Source: an uncultured Candidatus Rokubacteria bacterium
Lineage (GTDB): Bacteria > Methylomirabilota > Methylomirabilia > Rokubacteriales > CSP1-6
DNA length: 64,000 nucleotides
NCBI GenBank assembly: GCA_963762145.1
Contig: CAVXJS010000022.1
Location: 116,536-180,535 of the forward strand
Reading direction: 5' to 3'
Part shown: piece after piece, positions 30,819-40,155 of the stretch
How the letters are laid out: each line of letters starts with the position of its first letter
How positions within the stretch are numbered: the stretch's first letter is position 1
The notes under the pieces: model-generated
Databases searched by the model: none
Told to the model about the DNA's origin: nothing
The model's input: only the letters and a program-made list of their open reading frames with translations
Position numbers and translations under genes: made by a program

Positions 30819-31471
30819 GCGCGAGGCGCGAGGCCGAGCATGACGCAATCGGTGATCGTGTGTGCCAGCCGCTCCGCCTCCGCGGGGGTGCTCGCGCGGT
30901 CCTTCAGCTTGCCGTCGACGAGCAGCGCGGCGAGGCCGTGGACGATGGACCAGGCCGCCACCGCGAACCCCTCGGGGTCGCCGGCGCGCACCTGCCCCGC
31001 CGCCTGGCATTCGGTGATCGCCTGGACGAGCAAGCTGAACGTACGCTCGCCCGCTGCCTTGAGCGCGGGATGCTCCGCCTTGTCCGGTACCTCGGAGCCG
31101 AACATCACGCGCAGGTACGAAGGGTACGCCAGGCCGAAGCGCACGTAGCCGATGCCGAGCGCCCGGAACCGCTCGGCCGGCTCGGCGTCCCGCGACCATA
31201 TCTCCATCATCCCCTTGGCCATCTCCTCGAACCCGCGCTCCGCGACCGCGGCCAGCAGCGCCTCGCGGTCCGCGAAGTGCCAGTAGGGCGCGGCCTCCGA
31301 CACCCGGGCGCGCCGGGCCACTTCCCGCAGGCTGAAGCCCTGGGGTCCCTTGCGCGCGACGAGGGCCGCCGCCGCGTTCACCAGCGTGTCGCGCAGGCTC
31401 CCGCCCGCCGCGCCGGACCGGGCGCGGCGGGGCGACGACTTCTTCCGGCTTCGGCGCTTGACAGGCATCAC
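30815..31471 (-). CDS. TetR-family regulator with WHG-type C-terminus
   Basis: SLREVARRARVSEAAPYWHFADREAL; AWSIVHG. Confidence 0.9.
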   Translation of the reverse strand: MMPVKRRSRKKSSPRRARSGAAGGSLRDTLVNAAAALVARKGPQGFSLREVARRARVSEAAPYWHFADREALLAAVAERGFEEMAKGMMEIWSRDAEPAERFRALGIGYVRFGLAYPSYLRVMFGSEVPDKAEHPALKAAGERTFSLLVQAITECQAAGQVRAGDPEGFAVAAWSIVHGLAALLVDGKLKDRASTPAEAERLAHTITDCVMLGLAPRA

Positions 31472-31487
31472 TTAACAGCGTTAATGT
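31458..31487 (+). promoter_or_regulatory. sigma70-like promoter overlapping a palindromic operator candidate
   Basis: TTGACA-18-TAATGT containing TTAAC-agc-GTTAA (31472-31484). Confidence 0.55.
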
Positions 31488-31546
31488 ACGTAAATCGACA
31501 TACGGGGGGCGCGGCGGAATGCCGGAACCCTGGGCGGGAGGGTACC

Positions 31547-32524
31547 ATGAGTCAATCGCGAGTGCTTAGGGGAAGCCTGCTCGGCATAGCGCTGGTGATG
31601 GCGGTGGCCGCGGCGGGCTGCGGCCGGCTGGCGGTGTGGTCGGCGCCGGCCAAGACGCCGACCACCGCGCGGACCGCCGCTGCGGTCGAGGCCGACACGC
31701 TCTTCTGGAAGACGCTCCACGCCGGCGAGTACGATCGCATCCCGGACGCGCTCACCGCGCTGAAGGCCGCCTACCTCGAGAACCCGCGCGACGCGATCAC
31801 CGCCGCTCACGTGGGGTGGCTGCACATCTGGCGGCTCGGCGAACGGGCCCGGCAGACCGCGCTCCGCCCCGACATCACGGACGACGCGGTGCTCGGCCGG
31901 AAGTACTTCGAGGAAGCGGTGCGGCTCGATCCCGGCGAGGCGCGCTACCTCGGCTTCTACGCCGGGCTGCTGATGGCCGAGGGCACCATCCACAAGGACG
32001 AGAAGATGGTCCGGCAGGGCTTCTACGCGATGCAGGACGCGATCCGCGCGTGGCCCGAGTTCAACTACTTCACCGCCGGCTACACCGCCTCGGGCCTGCC
32101 CGTCGAGTCCGACCGGTTCCGCGGCGCGCTCGAGCAGCAGTGGCTGAACCTCGACGTGTGCACCGGGGAGAAGGTGGACCGGATCAACCCGGACTATGCG
32201 AAGTACATGCGACTGGAGACGAAGGAGGGCCCCCGGCGCGTGTGCTGGAACTCCTGGATCGCCCCGCACAACTTCGAAGGCTTCTTCCTCAACTTCGGCG
32301 ACATGCTGGTGAAGGCGGGCCAGCCGGACCTCGCGGTGCCGATGTACCGCAACGCCCAGCTCGCACGCGAGTACCCGGTCTGGCCATACAAGGCCGTGCT
32401 GGAGGCCCGCATCCGCGACGCCGCGAAGAACGTGGAGGCGTTTCGCCGCACCGAGCCCGGGCCGGACGCGGCCACGCTCATGGTGCGCTCGACCTTTGCC
32501 TGCATGGGCTGCCACCAGGAGTGA
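31547..32524 (+). CDS. lipoprotein with C-terminal CxxCH motif
   Basis: RBS ggaggg; lipobox AAAGC; ends FACMGCHQE*. Confidence 0.75.
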   Translation: MSQSRVLRGSLLGIALVMAVAAAGCGRLAVWSAPAKTPTTARTAAAVEADTLFWKTLHAGEYDRIPDALTALKAAYLENPRDAITAAHVGWLHIWRLGERARQTALRPDITDDAVLGRKYFEEAVRLDPGEARYLGFYAGLLMAEGTIHKDEKMVRQGFYAMQDAIRAWPEFNYFTAGYTASGLPVESDRFRGALEQQWLNLDVCTGEKVDRINPDYAKYMRLETKEGPRRVCWNSWIAPHNFEGFFLNFGDMLVKAGQPDLAVPMYRNAQLAREYPVWPYKAVLEARIRDAAKNVEAFRRTEPGPDAATLMVRSTFACMGCHQE

Positions 32525-32532
32525 AGACGGGA

Positions 32533-32563
32533 CCGCCCGCCGGGCTTGACACCCGGCGGGCGG
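32533..32563. terminator. 12-bp GC hairpin between convergent genes
   Basis: CCGCCCGCCGGG-cttgaca-CCCGGCGGGCGG. Confidence 0.65.
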
Positions 32564-32571
32564 CTACGAAT

Positions 32572-32927
32572 TGGTGGAGGCGGTGGGCATCGAACCCACG
32601 TCCGGAAACCCTCGGCAACAGGCATCTACATCATTAGCCGGTTATCCCCTGCGTCTCGCCTCTCGGCCCCCCAACCGGCCGGGTCACCGATCAGCCAGCT
32701 CCTGTAGTTCTCGCCCCGCACCCCGGAGCAGGGTTTGGAGCCAGTCACCAGAATATGACGCCCTGACCCGGACCCTGGTCACCCAATCCGGAGGACGCTG
32801 GCGGGTGTTAGGCCGCCAGAGCTAGCTGGTTGTCGGCAGCTATAACCGTGCCCCCAGTTTTACGAGGAGAGAGCACCTCGTGATGCCACCTGTGCGTCAC
32901 TGATCCCCGTCGAAACCAGTCGCCCCC
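32572..32927 (-). ncRNA. ssrA: tmRNA, tag peptide (A)ADNQLALAA
   Basis: 5' GGGGGCGACTGGTTTCGACG; 3' GGTTCGATGCCCACCGCCTCCACCA; tag ORF GCC GAC AAC CAG CTA GCT CTG GCG GCC TAA. Confidence 0.95.
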
Positions 32928-32929
32928 TT

Positions 32930-33400
32930 CTACGCCCGGGATCGGGCGCGTGATTCCTTTTCCATCTCCCGCCGGCTCTCGCGCTCGCGGAGGGACGCGC
33001 GCTTGTCGTGCAGCTTCTTGCCTCGGGCCAGGCCCAGCTCGACCTTCACACGCCCTGCCTTGAAGTATAGACGAAGCGGGATGAGGGTCAACCCGCGCTC
33101 GGCGATCTTCCCGAGCAGGCGTGAGATCTCCCGCTTGTGCAGCAGGAGCTTCCGCCTACGCTCCGGATCGTGATTGGCGTCGGTGCCGTGGTGGTAGGGG
33201 CTGATGTAGCAGCCGACGAGCCACGCCTCGTCGTTGTCGATCGTCGCGTAGCTGTCCTTGAAGTTGACCTGCGCCTCCCGGAGCGATTTGACCTCGGTCC
33301 CGCGCAGCACGAGCCCCGCCTCGTACCGCTCGAGAATCGCGTAGTCGTGGAAGGCCTTGCGGTTGGTGGAGATGACCTTCTCGTCCGTCTCGTCCGCCAT
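32930..33400 (-). CDS. smpB: SsrA-binding protein
   Basis: NRKAFHDY, GTEVKSLR, RKLLLHKREI, GKKLHDKR. Confidence 0.97.
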   Translation of the reverse strand: MADETDEKVISTNRKAFHDYAILERYEAGLVLRGTEVKSLREAQVNFKDSYATIDNDEAWLVGCYISPYHHGTDANHDPERRRKLLLHKREISRLLGKIAERGLTLIPLRLYFKAGRVKVELGLARGKKLHDKRASLRERESRREMEKESRARSRA

Positions 33401-33464
33401 GGCGCTCAGACCCTCCGGCCCTTGACTTCATAGCCGCGGTCCGTAATATGTAGGCCTTGCCCGA

Positions 33465-33551
33465 GCCGAAGTGGCGGAATTGGCAGACGCGCATGATTCA
33501 GGGTCATGTGCCCGCAAGGGTGTGGGGGTTCGAGTCCCCCCTTCGGCACCA
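33465..33551 (+). tRNA. tRNA-Leu(CAG)
   Basis: GCCGAAGTGGCGGAATTGGCAGACGCGCATGATTCAGGGTCATG..TTCGAGT..CGGCACCA. Confidence 0.96.
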
Positions 33552-33602
33552 GTAGAATCCCCGCCCGGATCCTCATCCTCACATTCCGAGTGTACGGCGG
33601 GA

Positions 33603-34577
33603 CTACGCCAGCTCGGCGAGTTCGACGCGACGGCCCAGCGAGGACGAGCGCTGCGCCGCTTCCACCGTGCGCAGCGCATCGAGCCCCGCCTGCACGTCCA
33701 CCGCCGGCCGGCTGCGGCGCGCCACCGCGTCCAGGAACCGTTCCAGCTCGAGGCGGAGCGGCTCGGGACCGGACGCCTTGAAGGTCTCCCCCGTGCCTTC
33801 CGGCGCCTGCCAGCCCGACGGAGTCTGCACGTGGCGATTGGCGAGCACGCGAACCTCGGAGGTGGCGAAGTCGGCGGCGAGCGTCCCCTGCTCGCCCACG
33901 ATCACGCATTCGCGGGCGGTTCCAGGGGCGAAGTAGCCCGCTTCCACGAAAGCGGGAATGTCACCGTAGTCAACCGTGGTGAACGAGCAGTCGTCGAGGC
34001 CGCGGCCCAGATGGTCGCGCAGGGTCGCGGTGACCGCGGTGGCCGGACGCCCGAGCAGGTGGGCGAAGAGGTCGAAGTAGTGGATGGCATCCGTCTGCGT
34101 CACACCCACGTCCGTCCGCGGGCGCTTGAATCCGGCGAAGCGGCCGGTGCAGTAGCGCACCCGCCCGAGCGTCCCGGCGGCCAGCCGCTCGCGCAGCGCG
34201 GTCGTGACCGGATGGAAGCGGAAGATGTGGCCGACCTGCAGCACGCGGCCCGTCTCCGCCACGATCGTGGCGAGGCGGCGACCCTCGGTCACCGTGAGGG
34301 CGAGCGGCTTCTCGATGAAGCAATCGCGACCCGCGCCCAGGCACTCCGCGGCCAGGGCCAGGTGATTCTCGGTCGGCGTCACGATGTCCACCGCGTCCAC
34401 GTGCGGCAGCGCGAGGCGGAAATCTTCGACCGCGCGCGCCGGCGTCACCCCGGCCTTGATCGCGAAGGCTCGCCGCTCCGCCGAGACGTCCGCCACCCAG
34501 AGATCCACGCCCAGCTCGCCGAGCACCCGCAGGTGCTTCTCGCCCCAGCGCCCCAGACCGACCAGTAGCACCTTCAC
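33603..34577 (-). CDS. Gfo/Idh/MocA oxidoreductase
   Basis: GLGRWG, EKPL, GHIFRFHP, DAIHYFD. Confidence 0.9.
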   Translation of the reverse strand: MKVLLVGLGRWGEKHLRVLGELGVDLWVADVSAERRAFAIKAGVTPARAVEDFRLALPHVDAVDIVTPTENHLALAAECLGAGRDCFIEKPLALTVTEGRRLATIVAETGRVLQVGHIFRFHPVTTALRERLAAGTLGRVRYCTGRFAGFKRPRTDVGVTQTDAIHYFDLFAHLLGRPATAVTATLRDHLGRGLDDCSFTTVDYGDIPAFVEAGYFAPGTARECVIVGEQGTLAADFATSEVRVLANRHVQTPSGWQAPEGTGETFKASGPEPLRLELERFLDAVARRSRPAVDVQAGLDALRTVEAAQRSSSLGRRVELAELA

Positions 34578-35353
34578 CGGCCGCCCCCGGCCTCGCCGCC
34601 CAGGTCCTCGGCGATCTCGTAGCGCAGGTACCGGTCTTTCATCCAGCGCACGACGAGGAGATCCACGAAGGCGTGGCCCGCGCGGTTACCGATGCCGTAG
34701 TTGGACCGGCCGAACCGGCGCGGTCGGTGATTCACCGGGACCTCGAGCACCCGGAACCCGCGCATCCGCAGCAGCGTCGGAATGAACCGATGGAACCCCC
34801 GGTAGAGCACGAGGTCGCGCAGGCACTCGCGACGGAAAGCGCGGAAGGTGCACCCGCTGTCCTGGATGGTCTCCTCGCTCACGCGATTGCGCACCCGGTT
34901 GGCGATGCGCGAGGAGACGCGTCGCACCCAGGAGTCGCCCGCCGCCCGGTTCACGCGCCAGCCGGTCACCGCGTCCCATTGATCGAGATGCTGAACCATC
35001 GCGGGAATATCGTGCGGGTCGTTCTGGAGATCGGCATCCATGACGACCACGCGGCGGCCCCGCACCGCCTTCAGGCCCGCGTCGGTGGCCGCGGTCTCAC
35101 CCGCGTTGGCCTTCAGACGCACGAGCCGAACGCGGTCGTCCCGCTCGCGGAGCTCCCGGACGATCTCGGCGCTCCGGTCGCGGCTGCCGTCGTCCACGAA
35201 GATGACCTCGTAGCGCACGCCGGTCGGCTCGAGCGCGGCGCGGATCTCCGACCAGAGGAGCGGGAGACTCTCCTCCTCGTTGTACACCGGGACGACGATG
35301 GAAAGGTCGGGCGCGGCGGAGCCCGGTTCCGGGCGGAAAGCGGGCGGGGTCAC
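34574..35353 (-). CDS. GT2 polyprenol-phosphate glycosyltransferase (ArnC-like)
   Basis: VVPVYNEE, DDGSRD, MDADLQNDP, HRFIP. Confidence 0.9.
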   Translation of the reverse strand: MTPPAFRPEPGSAAPDLSIVVPVYNEEESLPLLWSEIRAALEPTGVRYEVIFVDDGSRDRSAEIVRELRERDDRVRLVRLKANAGETAATDAGLKAVRGRRVVVMDADLQNDPHDIPAMVQHLDQWDAVTGWRVNRAAGDSWVRRVSSRIANRVRNRVSEETIQDSGCTFRAFRRECLRDLVLYRGFHRFIPTLLRMRGFRVLEVPVNHRPRRFGRSNYGIGNRAGHAFVDLLVVRWMKDRYLRYEIAEDLGGEAGGGR

Positions 35354-35943
35354 CCGCGGGGCGGCCCCGGCACGCGCGGCGGCGCGCCCTGCCACTCCGG
35401 CGCCAGCGAATGCGGGAGACCGAGCCGGTCGAGCACGCGCGCCAGCGTGGCGACGACGAGATCGTCGATCTGCTTCGGCCGGTTGTAGAAGGCGGGCATC
35501 GGCGGCAGCACGACCGCGCCCATCTCGGCCAGCGCGGTGAGCACCCGGAGGTGCCCGAGATGCAGCGGGGTCTCGCGGACCACCAGGATGAGCGCCCGGC
35601 CCTCCTTGAGCGTCACGTCGGCCGCCCGCGCCATCAGCGTGTCGGAGACGCAGTGGGCCACCGCCGCCGCGGTCTTGATGCTGCACGGCACGATGACCAT
35701 GCCATCGGTCTTGAACGAGCCGGAGGCGAGCGCCGCGCCGATGTCCCGGTTGCGGTAACGGCGGGTGGCGAGCGCCTCGACGTCGGCGACCGTGTAGTCG
35801 GTCTCCTCGACGATGGTACGTCGCCCCGCGTCCGAGATGACCAGATGTGCCTCGACGTCGGGAATCCCGCGCAGGAGCTCAAGGAACCGGATGCCGTAGA
35901 TCGCGCCCGAGGCGCCGCTCAGCCCGACGACCACGCGCTTCAT
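35350..35943 (-). CDS. ubiX: flavin prenyltransferase
   Basis: GLSGASG, ASGSF, PCSIKT, RAADVTLKE, RETPL. Confidence 0.93.
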   Translation of the reverse strand: MKRVVVGLSGASGAIYGIRFLELLRGIPDVEAHLVISDAGRRTIVEETDYTVADVEALATRRYRNRDIGAALASGSFKTDGMVIVPCSIKTAAAVAHCVSDTLMARAADVTLKEGRALILVVRETPLHLGHLRVLTALAEMGAVVLPPMPAFYNRPKQIDDLVVATLARVLDRLGLPHSLAPEWQGAPPRVPGPPRG

Positions 35944-36233
35944 AGCCGGAACCGGCGCCGATAGACTTCGTCGCGGGTCTTCTGGTAGAGCAGCTCCCAC
36001 TCCGAGCTGCCCTCGGGCGCCGGGCGCGAATAGGTGCTGAGCGCGCGGCGCACTTCCTGGTCGATCGACTCCTCGAGCTTCGACTCGTCCTCGAGGACGC
36101 GGAACACCTCGGTTCGGAGCTGGCCGTGGGCCTTGTCCTCGTCACCCTTGATCGAGACACTCTCGGTCGCGGCTAGGTCGGCGACGATGCGGTCCGCCAG
36201 CGCGAACATGCGCTCGCGACTCATCCGCGTCAC
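35940..36233 (-). CDS. DUF507-like protein
   Basis: Short helical protein, LEESIDQEVR. Confidence 0.6.
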   Translation of the reverse strand: MTRMSRERMFALADRIVADLAATESVSIKGDEDKAHGQLRTEVFRVLEDESKLEESIDQEVRRALSTYSRPAPEGSSEWELLYQKTRDEVYRRRFRL

Positions 36234-36508
36234 AGCGTGAACCCCCGTTCCTTGGCGAGCTTGGTCTTGACCAGCGCGAAAAGGCGCTTGTAGTCGGAGG
36301 CGGAGTCGCGGATCAGCTTGGCATTGTCCATCAGGAGGGTGCGCGCGTCGGCGTCGAGCTTCTCCTCGGCCTGGAAGTTCTCGGCCAGGATGCGTCGGAC
36401 CACCTCGCGCGCCCGCGTCTCGTCCCGGACGTCGGCGAGCTTGCGCCCGACCAGCCGCTTCACCACGGCCTCCGCCATCCGTTCTGCTACCTCGTCCCGT
36501 CGCGCCAT
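36230..36508 (-). CDS. DUF507-like protein
   Basis: EEKLDADAR..YKRLFALVKTKLAKERGFTL. Confidence 0.65.
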   Translation of the reverse strand: MARRDEVAERMAEAVVKRLVGRKLADVRDETRAREVVRRILAENFQAEEKLDADARTLLMDNAKLIRDSASDYKRLFALVKTKLAKERGFTL

Positions 36509-36570
36509 GCCCGGAGAGACAGGGTACACGGCCACGAACTCGAGTGTCAACAACTATACGGAAATATGGA

Positions 36571-38097
36571 TCAAAAGTCTCTGGCGGCCTCCGGGAGAAG
36601 CAGGCGAAATCGGGATCCTTTTCCGGGCAGGCTATCCACCTCGACTCGACCGCCGTGGGCTTCGGCCAGAGCCTTCACGAGGCTCAGCCCCAACCCCAGG
36701 CCCCGGGCCGTGGCGGTGTCGGGATGGGGGACGCGGACGTACTTCTCGAAGATCCGCGGGAGCTGCTCGGCCGGGATCCCGACGCCGTCGTCCTCGACCG
36801 CCAGCTCGATCATCCCGGGCTGATCCTCCGCGGGGCCCGCGGAGACGCACACCAGGCCGCCGCGCGGCGAATATTTGACCGCGTTCGAGAGCAGGTTCTT
36901 GACTATCCGGTCGAGCGCATCGGGATCCGCGCGCAGGGCCATGTCGGATCCGGGCGCGGTCCAGCGGAAGCGGTGCTCGCGATGCTCGGCCGCGAAGATC
37001 TCAAGGTTGCGCTCGATCAACCCGGCGAGATCGATCAGCTCCGGATTGAGCTCGAGCGGGCGCCCGGCCTCGATCCGGGACAGATCCAGCAGCTCCCCGA
37101 CGATGCGTCCCAGCGTGCACGCCTCGGTGTGGAGGTAGACGAGGCACCGCCGGGCGCGCTCCGGCGACAACGCCGAGCGCAGGAGCAGCTCGCTGAAGCC
37201 CTGCAGGGCGGTCAGCGGCGTGCGCAGCTCGTGCGAGACCACCGAGAGGAACTCGGTCTTGGCCTGATCCAGCTCGCGGAGTCGCGCGGTCGCCGCCGAT
37301 ACCTTCTCCGCGAGCTCCTCGGCGAAGTGGTGCTGGCGACGGGTGAGACGCGCGTTCTCCACCGCCAGACCCACGTGCAGCGCCAGCTCTTCGGCCGCGG
37401 CGCGCGTGGCGCGCGACAGCTCCCCCCGCCACTCGACCGCCATCACCCCGACCACGCCCGCCCCCGAGACGAGTGGCACCGCGAGGGCGCGCACCGGCGT
37501 CGGGCCGGCCGGCTCGTTCGCCCGCACGCGGGGGTCCGCCGCCAGATCCACGCTGCTCACGCGCTGGCCGGTGGCGAGCGCGAAGACCGCCGCCGACTCG
37601 GGATCGACGAGCGTCCCCGTCGGCACGCTGGCGAGCTGCGCGGTACGCACGTCGGGGCCGATCAGCAACGCGAGGCGCCGAGCCCGGAGCGCGCCGCGGA
37701 GCTCGCGGGCGATGCTCACGAGCTTGTCATCCATCGGGTCCGGGCCATCCAGCCGGCGCTGGATCGCGAGCACCGCGGCCAGGCGCGCCGCACGGGCGCG
37801 GGAGCCGTCCACCAGGCGTCCGACCAGGAGCCCGGCCACGCTCGGCAGAGCGAGGGACAGCAGGCCGTCGAGCGTCTGGGAGGTGAGGCCCAGCCGCTCC
37901 ACCGCAGGCAGCACGACCGGCGCGTGTAGCAGACCGGCCAGCGCGCCGACCAGGCCGCCGCCGACAGCGCCCCTGGTCAGCCCCGCCCAGAGTGTCGGCA
38001 CGAGGTAGAGATGCCGGAGCACGGAGGCGGGGCCCTGGTCCGCGACGGCCATGGCCAGCGCGATCGCGGCCAGCAACACGACCGGCAGCGTGATCAC
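36571..38097 (-). CDS. membrane sensor histidine kinase with GAF-like region
   Basis: VSHELRTPL, NLLSNAVKYS, DDGVGI, GLGLGLS. Confidence 0.9.
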   Translation of the reverse strand: MITLPVVLLAAIALAMAVADQGPASVLRHLYLVPTLWAGLTRGAVGGGLVGALAGLLHAPVVLPAVERLGLTSQTLDGLLSLALPSVAGLLVGRLVDGSRARAARLAAVLAIQRRLDGPDPMDDKLVSIARELRGALRARRLALLIGPDVRTAQLASVPTGTLVDPESAAVFALATGQRVSSVDLAADPRVRANEPAGPTPVRALAVPLVSGAGVVGVMAVEWRGELSRATRAAAEELALHVGLAVENARLTRRQHHFAEELAEKVSAATARLRELDQAKTEFLSVVSHELRTPLTALQGFSELLLRSALSPERARRCLVYLHTEACTLGRIVGELLDLSRIEAGRPLELNPELIDLAGLIERNLEIFAAEHREHRFRWTAPGSDMALRADPDALDRIVKNLLSNAVKYSPRGGLVCVSAGPAEDQPGMIELAVEDDGVGIPAEQLPRIFEKYVRVPHPDTATARGLGLGLSLVKALAEAHGGRVEVDSLPGKGSRFRLLLPEAARDF

Positions 38098-38918
38098 GCC
38101 GCGAGCATCCGGTAGGCGGCGAAGAAGGCGAGCGCGGCCAGATAGCCGGGCAGGAGGCTGCCGCTCCAGGCGCGCAGCGCGCAGGCGATCAGTCCGACCA
38201 GGCCAAGATAGAAGACGGCTCCCGCCCGCGCTTCCGCGGCGTGCGGGAGGGCGGGGTCGAGCAGATAGCGAAGGAGTGATAGCGCCGTCGTCACCAGCGC
38301 GGCCGGCCAGAACGACCAGCGCCGCCAGAGCCAGGAGAACATCGCACCGCGGAACGCCCACTCCGCGCTGAGCGCGTTGGCGCCCACGTCGTACGCCAGC
38401 GCCGAGAGATACGTGGTGAGGCCGCCGATCTGCAGCCGATAGCCAAAGGTCCGCGAAGCGGTGACGAGCAGGTGCGCGCCGAGGAACGCTCCGACCGCCA
38501 GGCCCGCCACCGCGTGCACCGGCCGAGCACCCCGGAGCCCGATCGCCCGCAGGCATGGCCGCCGCCCTGCTTCGACCAGCAGCACTCCGGGCACGAACAG
38601 GAATGCGAGCGCGCCGAGCGGGTGGAGGCGTGCGGCCGTCGAGGCCACGAGCACCGTCACGCCGAGCCGGACGACCGGCCCGGCCCATCCGGGCGCTGCG
38701 TCGGTCGCAAGCAGCCAGCCCAGCGCCAGCAATCCGCCGTGAGCGGCCCCGCTGGCCAGGGCGTGTCCGACCGAGAGCGGAGCCCCCCCGGCCCACTCCA
38801 GGGCGACGCCGGCGGTCGCGAGCAGCGCGGCCACGCCCGCAACCTGCCCGTAGGCCCGGACCGGCCCGTGTGCCGGTGCGAGCGCGCCAGGCTCAAACGG
38901 CGCGCTGAGGAGGCGCAT
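38094..38918 (-). CDS. CPBP/CAAX-protease-like membrane protein
   Basis: Multi-TM, AEWAFRG (degenerate EExxFR), RAWSGSLLP. Confidence 0.55.
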   Translation of the reverse strand: MRLLSAPFEPGALAPAHGPVRAYGQVAGVAALLATAGVALEWAGGAPLSVGHALASGAAHGGLLALGWLLATDAAPGWAGPVVRLGVTVLVASTAARLHPLGALAFLFVPGVLLVEAGRRPCLRAIGLRGARPVHAVAGLAVGAFLGAHLLVTASRTFGYRLQIGGLTTYLSALAYDVGANALSAEWAFRGAMFSWLWRRWSFWPAALVTTALSLLRYLLDPALPHAAEARAGAVFYLGLVGLIACALRAWSGSLLPGYLAALAFFAAYRMLAA

Positions 38919-39648
38919 CGTCGGTCAGACGGATACAGAGGGTGGCCAGGCGAGGATCGAGCGTCTCGCCCGCTTCCGACTCGAGGTGGCGCACCACGTC
39001 CGCCCGGGGTAACCGCGGCCGATATGGGCGATCCGAGGTGAGCGCGTCGTAGACGTCAGCCACCGCCACGATGCGGGCGCCCAGGGGGATCTGCGCTCCG
39101 CGCAACCCGTCGGGATACCCGCTGCCATCGTGTCGCTCGTGGTGGTGTCGCACGATGACCGCGCCTTCGGCGAAGAACTCGAGCGGCGCGACGATCTGGG
39201 CGCCGACGACGGGATGCCGGCGCATCACGGCCCACTCCTCGTCGCTGAGCGGGCCGGGCTTGCGGAGCACGCCTTCCGGGATCCCGATCTTGCCCAGATC
39301 GTGCAGCAGCCCGGCCTGCCCGATGGTGACGGCCGCCCCGGGCGCGACGCCGGCCGCGAGCGCGATCCGCCGCGCGAGCGCCGCGACTCGCTCGGAATGC
39401 CCGCGCGTGTAGTCGTCCTTGGCCTCGAGCGCATTGGCCAGCCCAAGCAGGCTCTGCAGGCTCGATTGCTCCAAACGCCGGTACGTCGTGCGGAGGTCGA
39501 TGGCGTACTGCAGCGACTGGAGGTATGCCGCGCGCAGGCGCTCCTGCGTCTCCTCGAGCTCACGCTCCCGCGCCCGCGAGGTCTCGTAGAGCGCCTTGAG
39601 ATCGCGCGCGTAGGACAGCGCCTGGGAGAGCCCTACCTGGCCGGCCAT
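38893..39648 (-). CDS. HD-GYP phosphodiesterase
   Basis: HSERV, LHDLGK, HHERHDGSGYP, DVYDALTSDRPYR. Confidence 0.92.
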   Translation of the reverse strand: MAGQVGLSQALSYARDLKALYETSRARERELEETQERLRAAYLQSLQYAIDLRTTYRRLEQSSLQSLLGLANALEAKDDYTRGHSERVAALARRIALAAGVAPGAAVTIGQAGLLHDLGKIGIPEGVLRKPGPLSDEEWAVMRRHPVVGAQIVAPLEFFAEGAVIVRHHHERHDGSGYPDGLRGAQIPLGARIVAVADVYDALTSDRPYRPRLPRADVVRHLESEAGETLDPRLATLCIRLTDDAPPQRAV

Positions 39649-40019
39649 ACCGAGGCCTCCGGCACGAGCGAGCGCACCAGCGTGAGCAGGGCGAGCGGCG
39701 AGAACGGCTTGGTCAGGTAGTGATCGGCGCCCGCCTCGAGCCCGCGGCGGCGATCGGCCGCCTGCGCCGCCGCGGTGAGCATGACGATGCGAGTGCGCGC
39801 GCACTCGGGCAGACGCCGGAGCTGACGGCAGGTCTCCAGCCCATTGAGGCGCGGCATCTGCACGTCGAGCAGGGCCACGTCGGGGCGCTCGCGCCGCGCC
39901 AGGTCCAGCGCGGCGGCCCCGTCGGCGGCGTCCACGATCCGCACGTGCGCGTCTTCGAGGGTGAAGCGAACCAGGTCCACGATTGCGGGTTCATCGTCGG
40001 CGATCAGGATGGTCATCAT
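39633..40019 (-). CDS. single-domain response regulator
   Basis: IADDE, DVQMP, GADHYLTKPF. Confidence 0.9.
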   Translation of the reverse strand: MMTILIADDEPAIVDLVRFTLEDAHVRIVDAADGAAALDLARRERPDVALLDVQMPRLNGLETCRQLRRLPECARTRIVMLTAAAQAADRRRGLEAGADHYLTKPFSPLALLTLVRSLVPEASVWPAR

Positions 40020-40032
40020 GCCGCCGGTCAAT

Positions 40033-40048
40033 TGCGAGGGGCGTGCCA
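40033..40048 (-). promoter_or_regulatory. sigma54-like promoter
   Basis: TGGCACGCCCCTCGCA. Confidence 0.55.
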
Positions 40049-40155
40049 CGAGGCACGCCGAGCGGAATCAGCGGGTTGCGATCAGGTCGCCGCGGGAGTG
40101 CCCGGGGCGATGGGCAGCGCGCGGGCCCATCCTGCCCCGCGCGAAGGGCAGCGGG

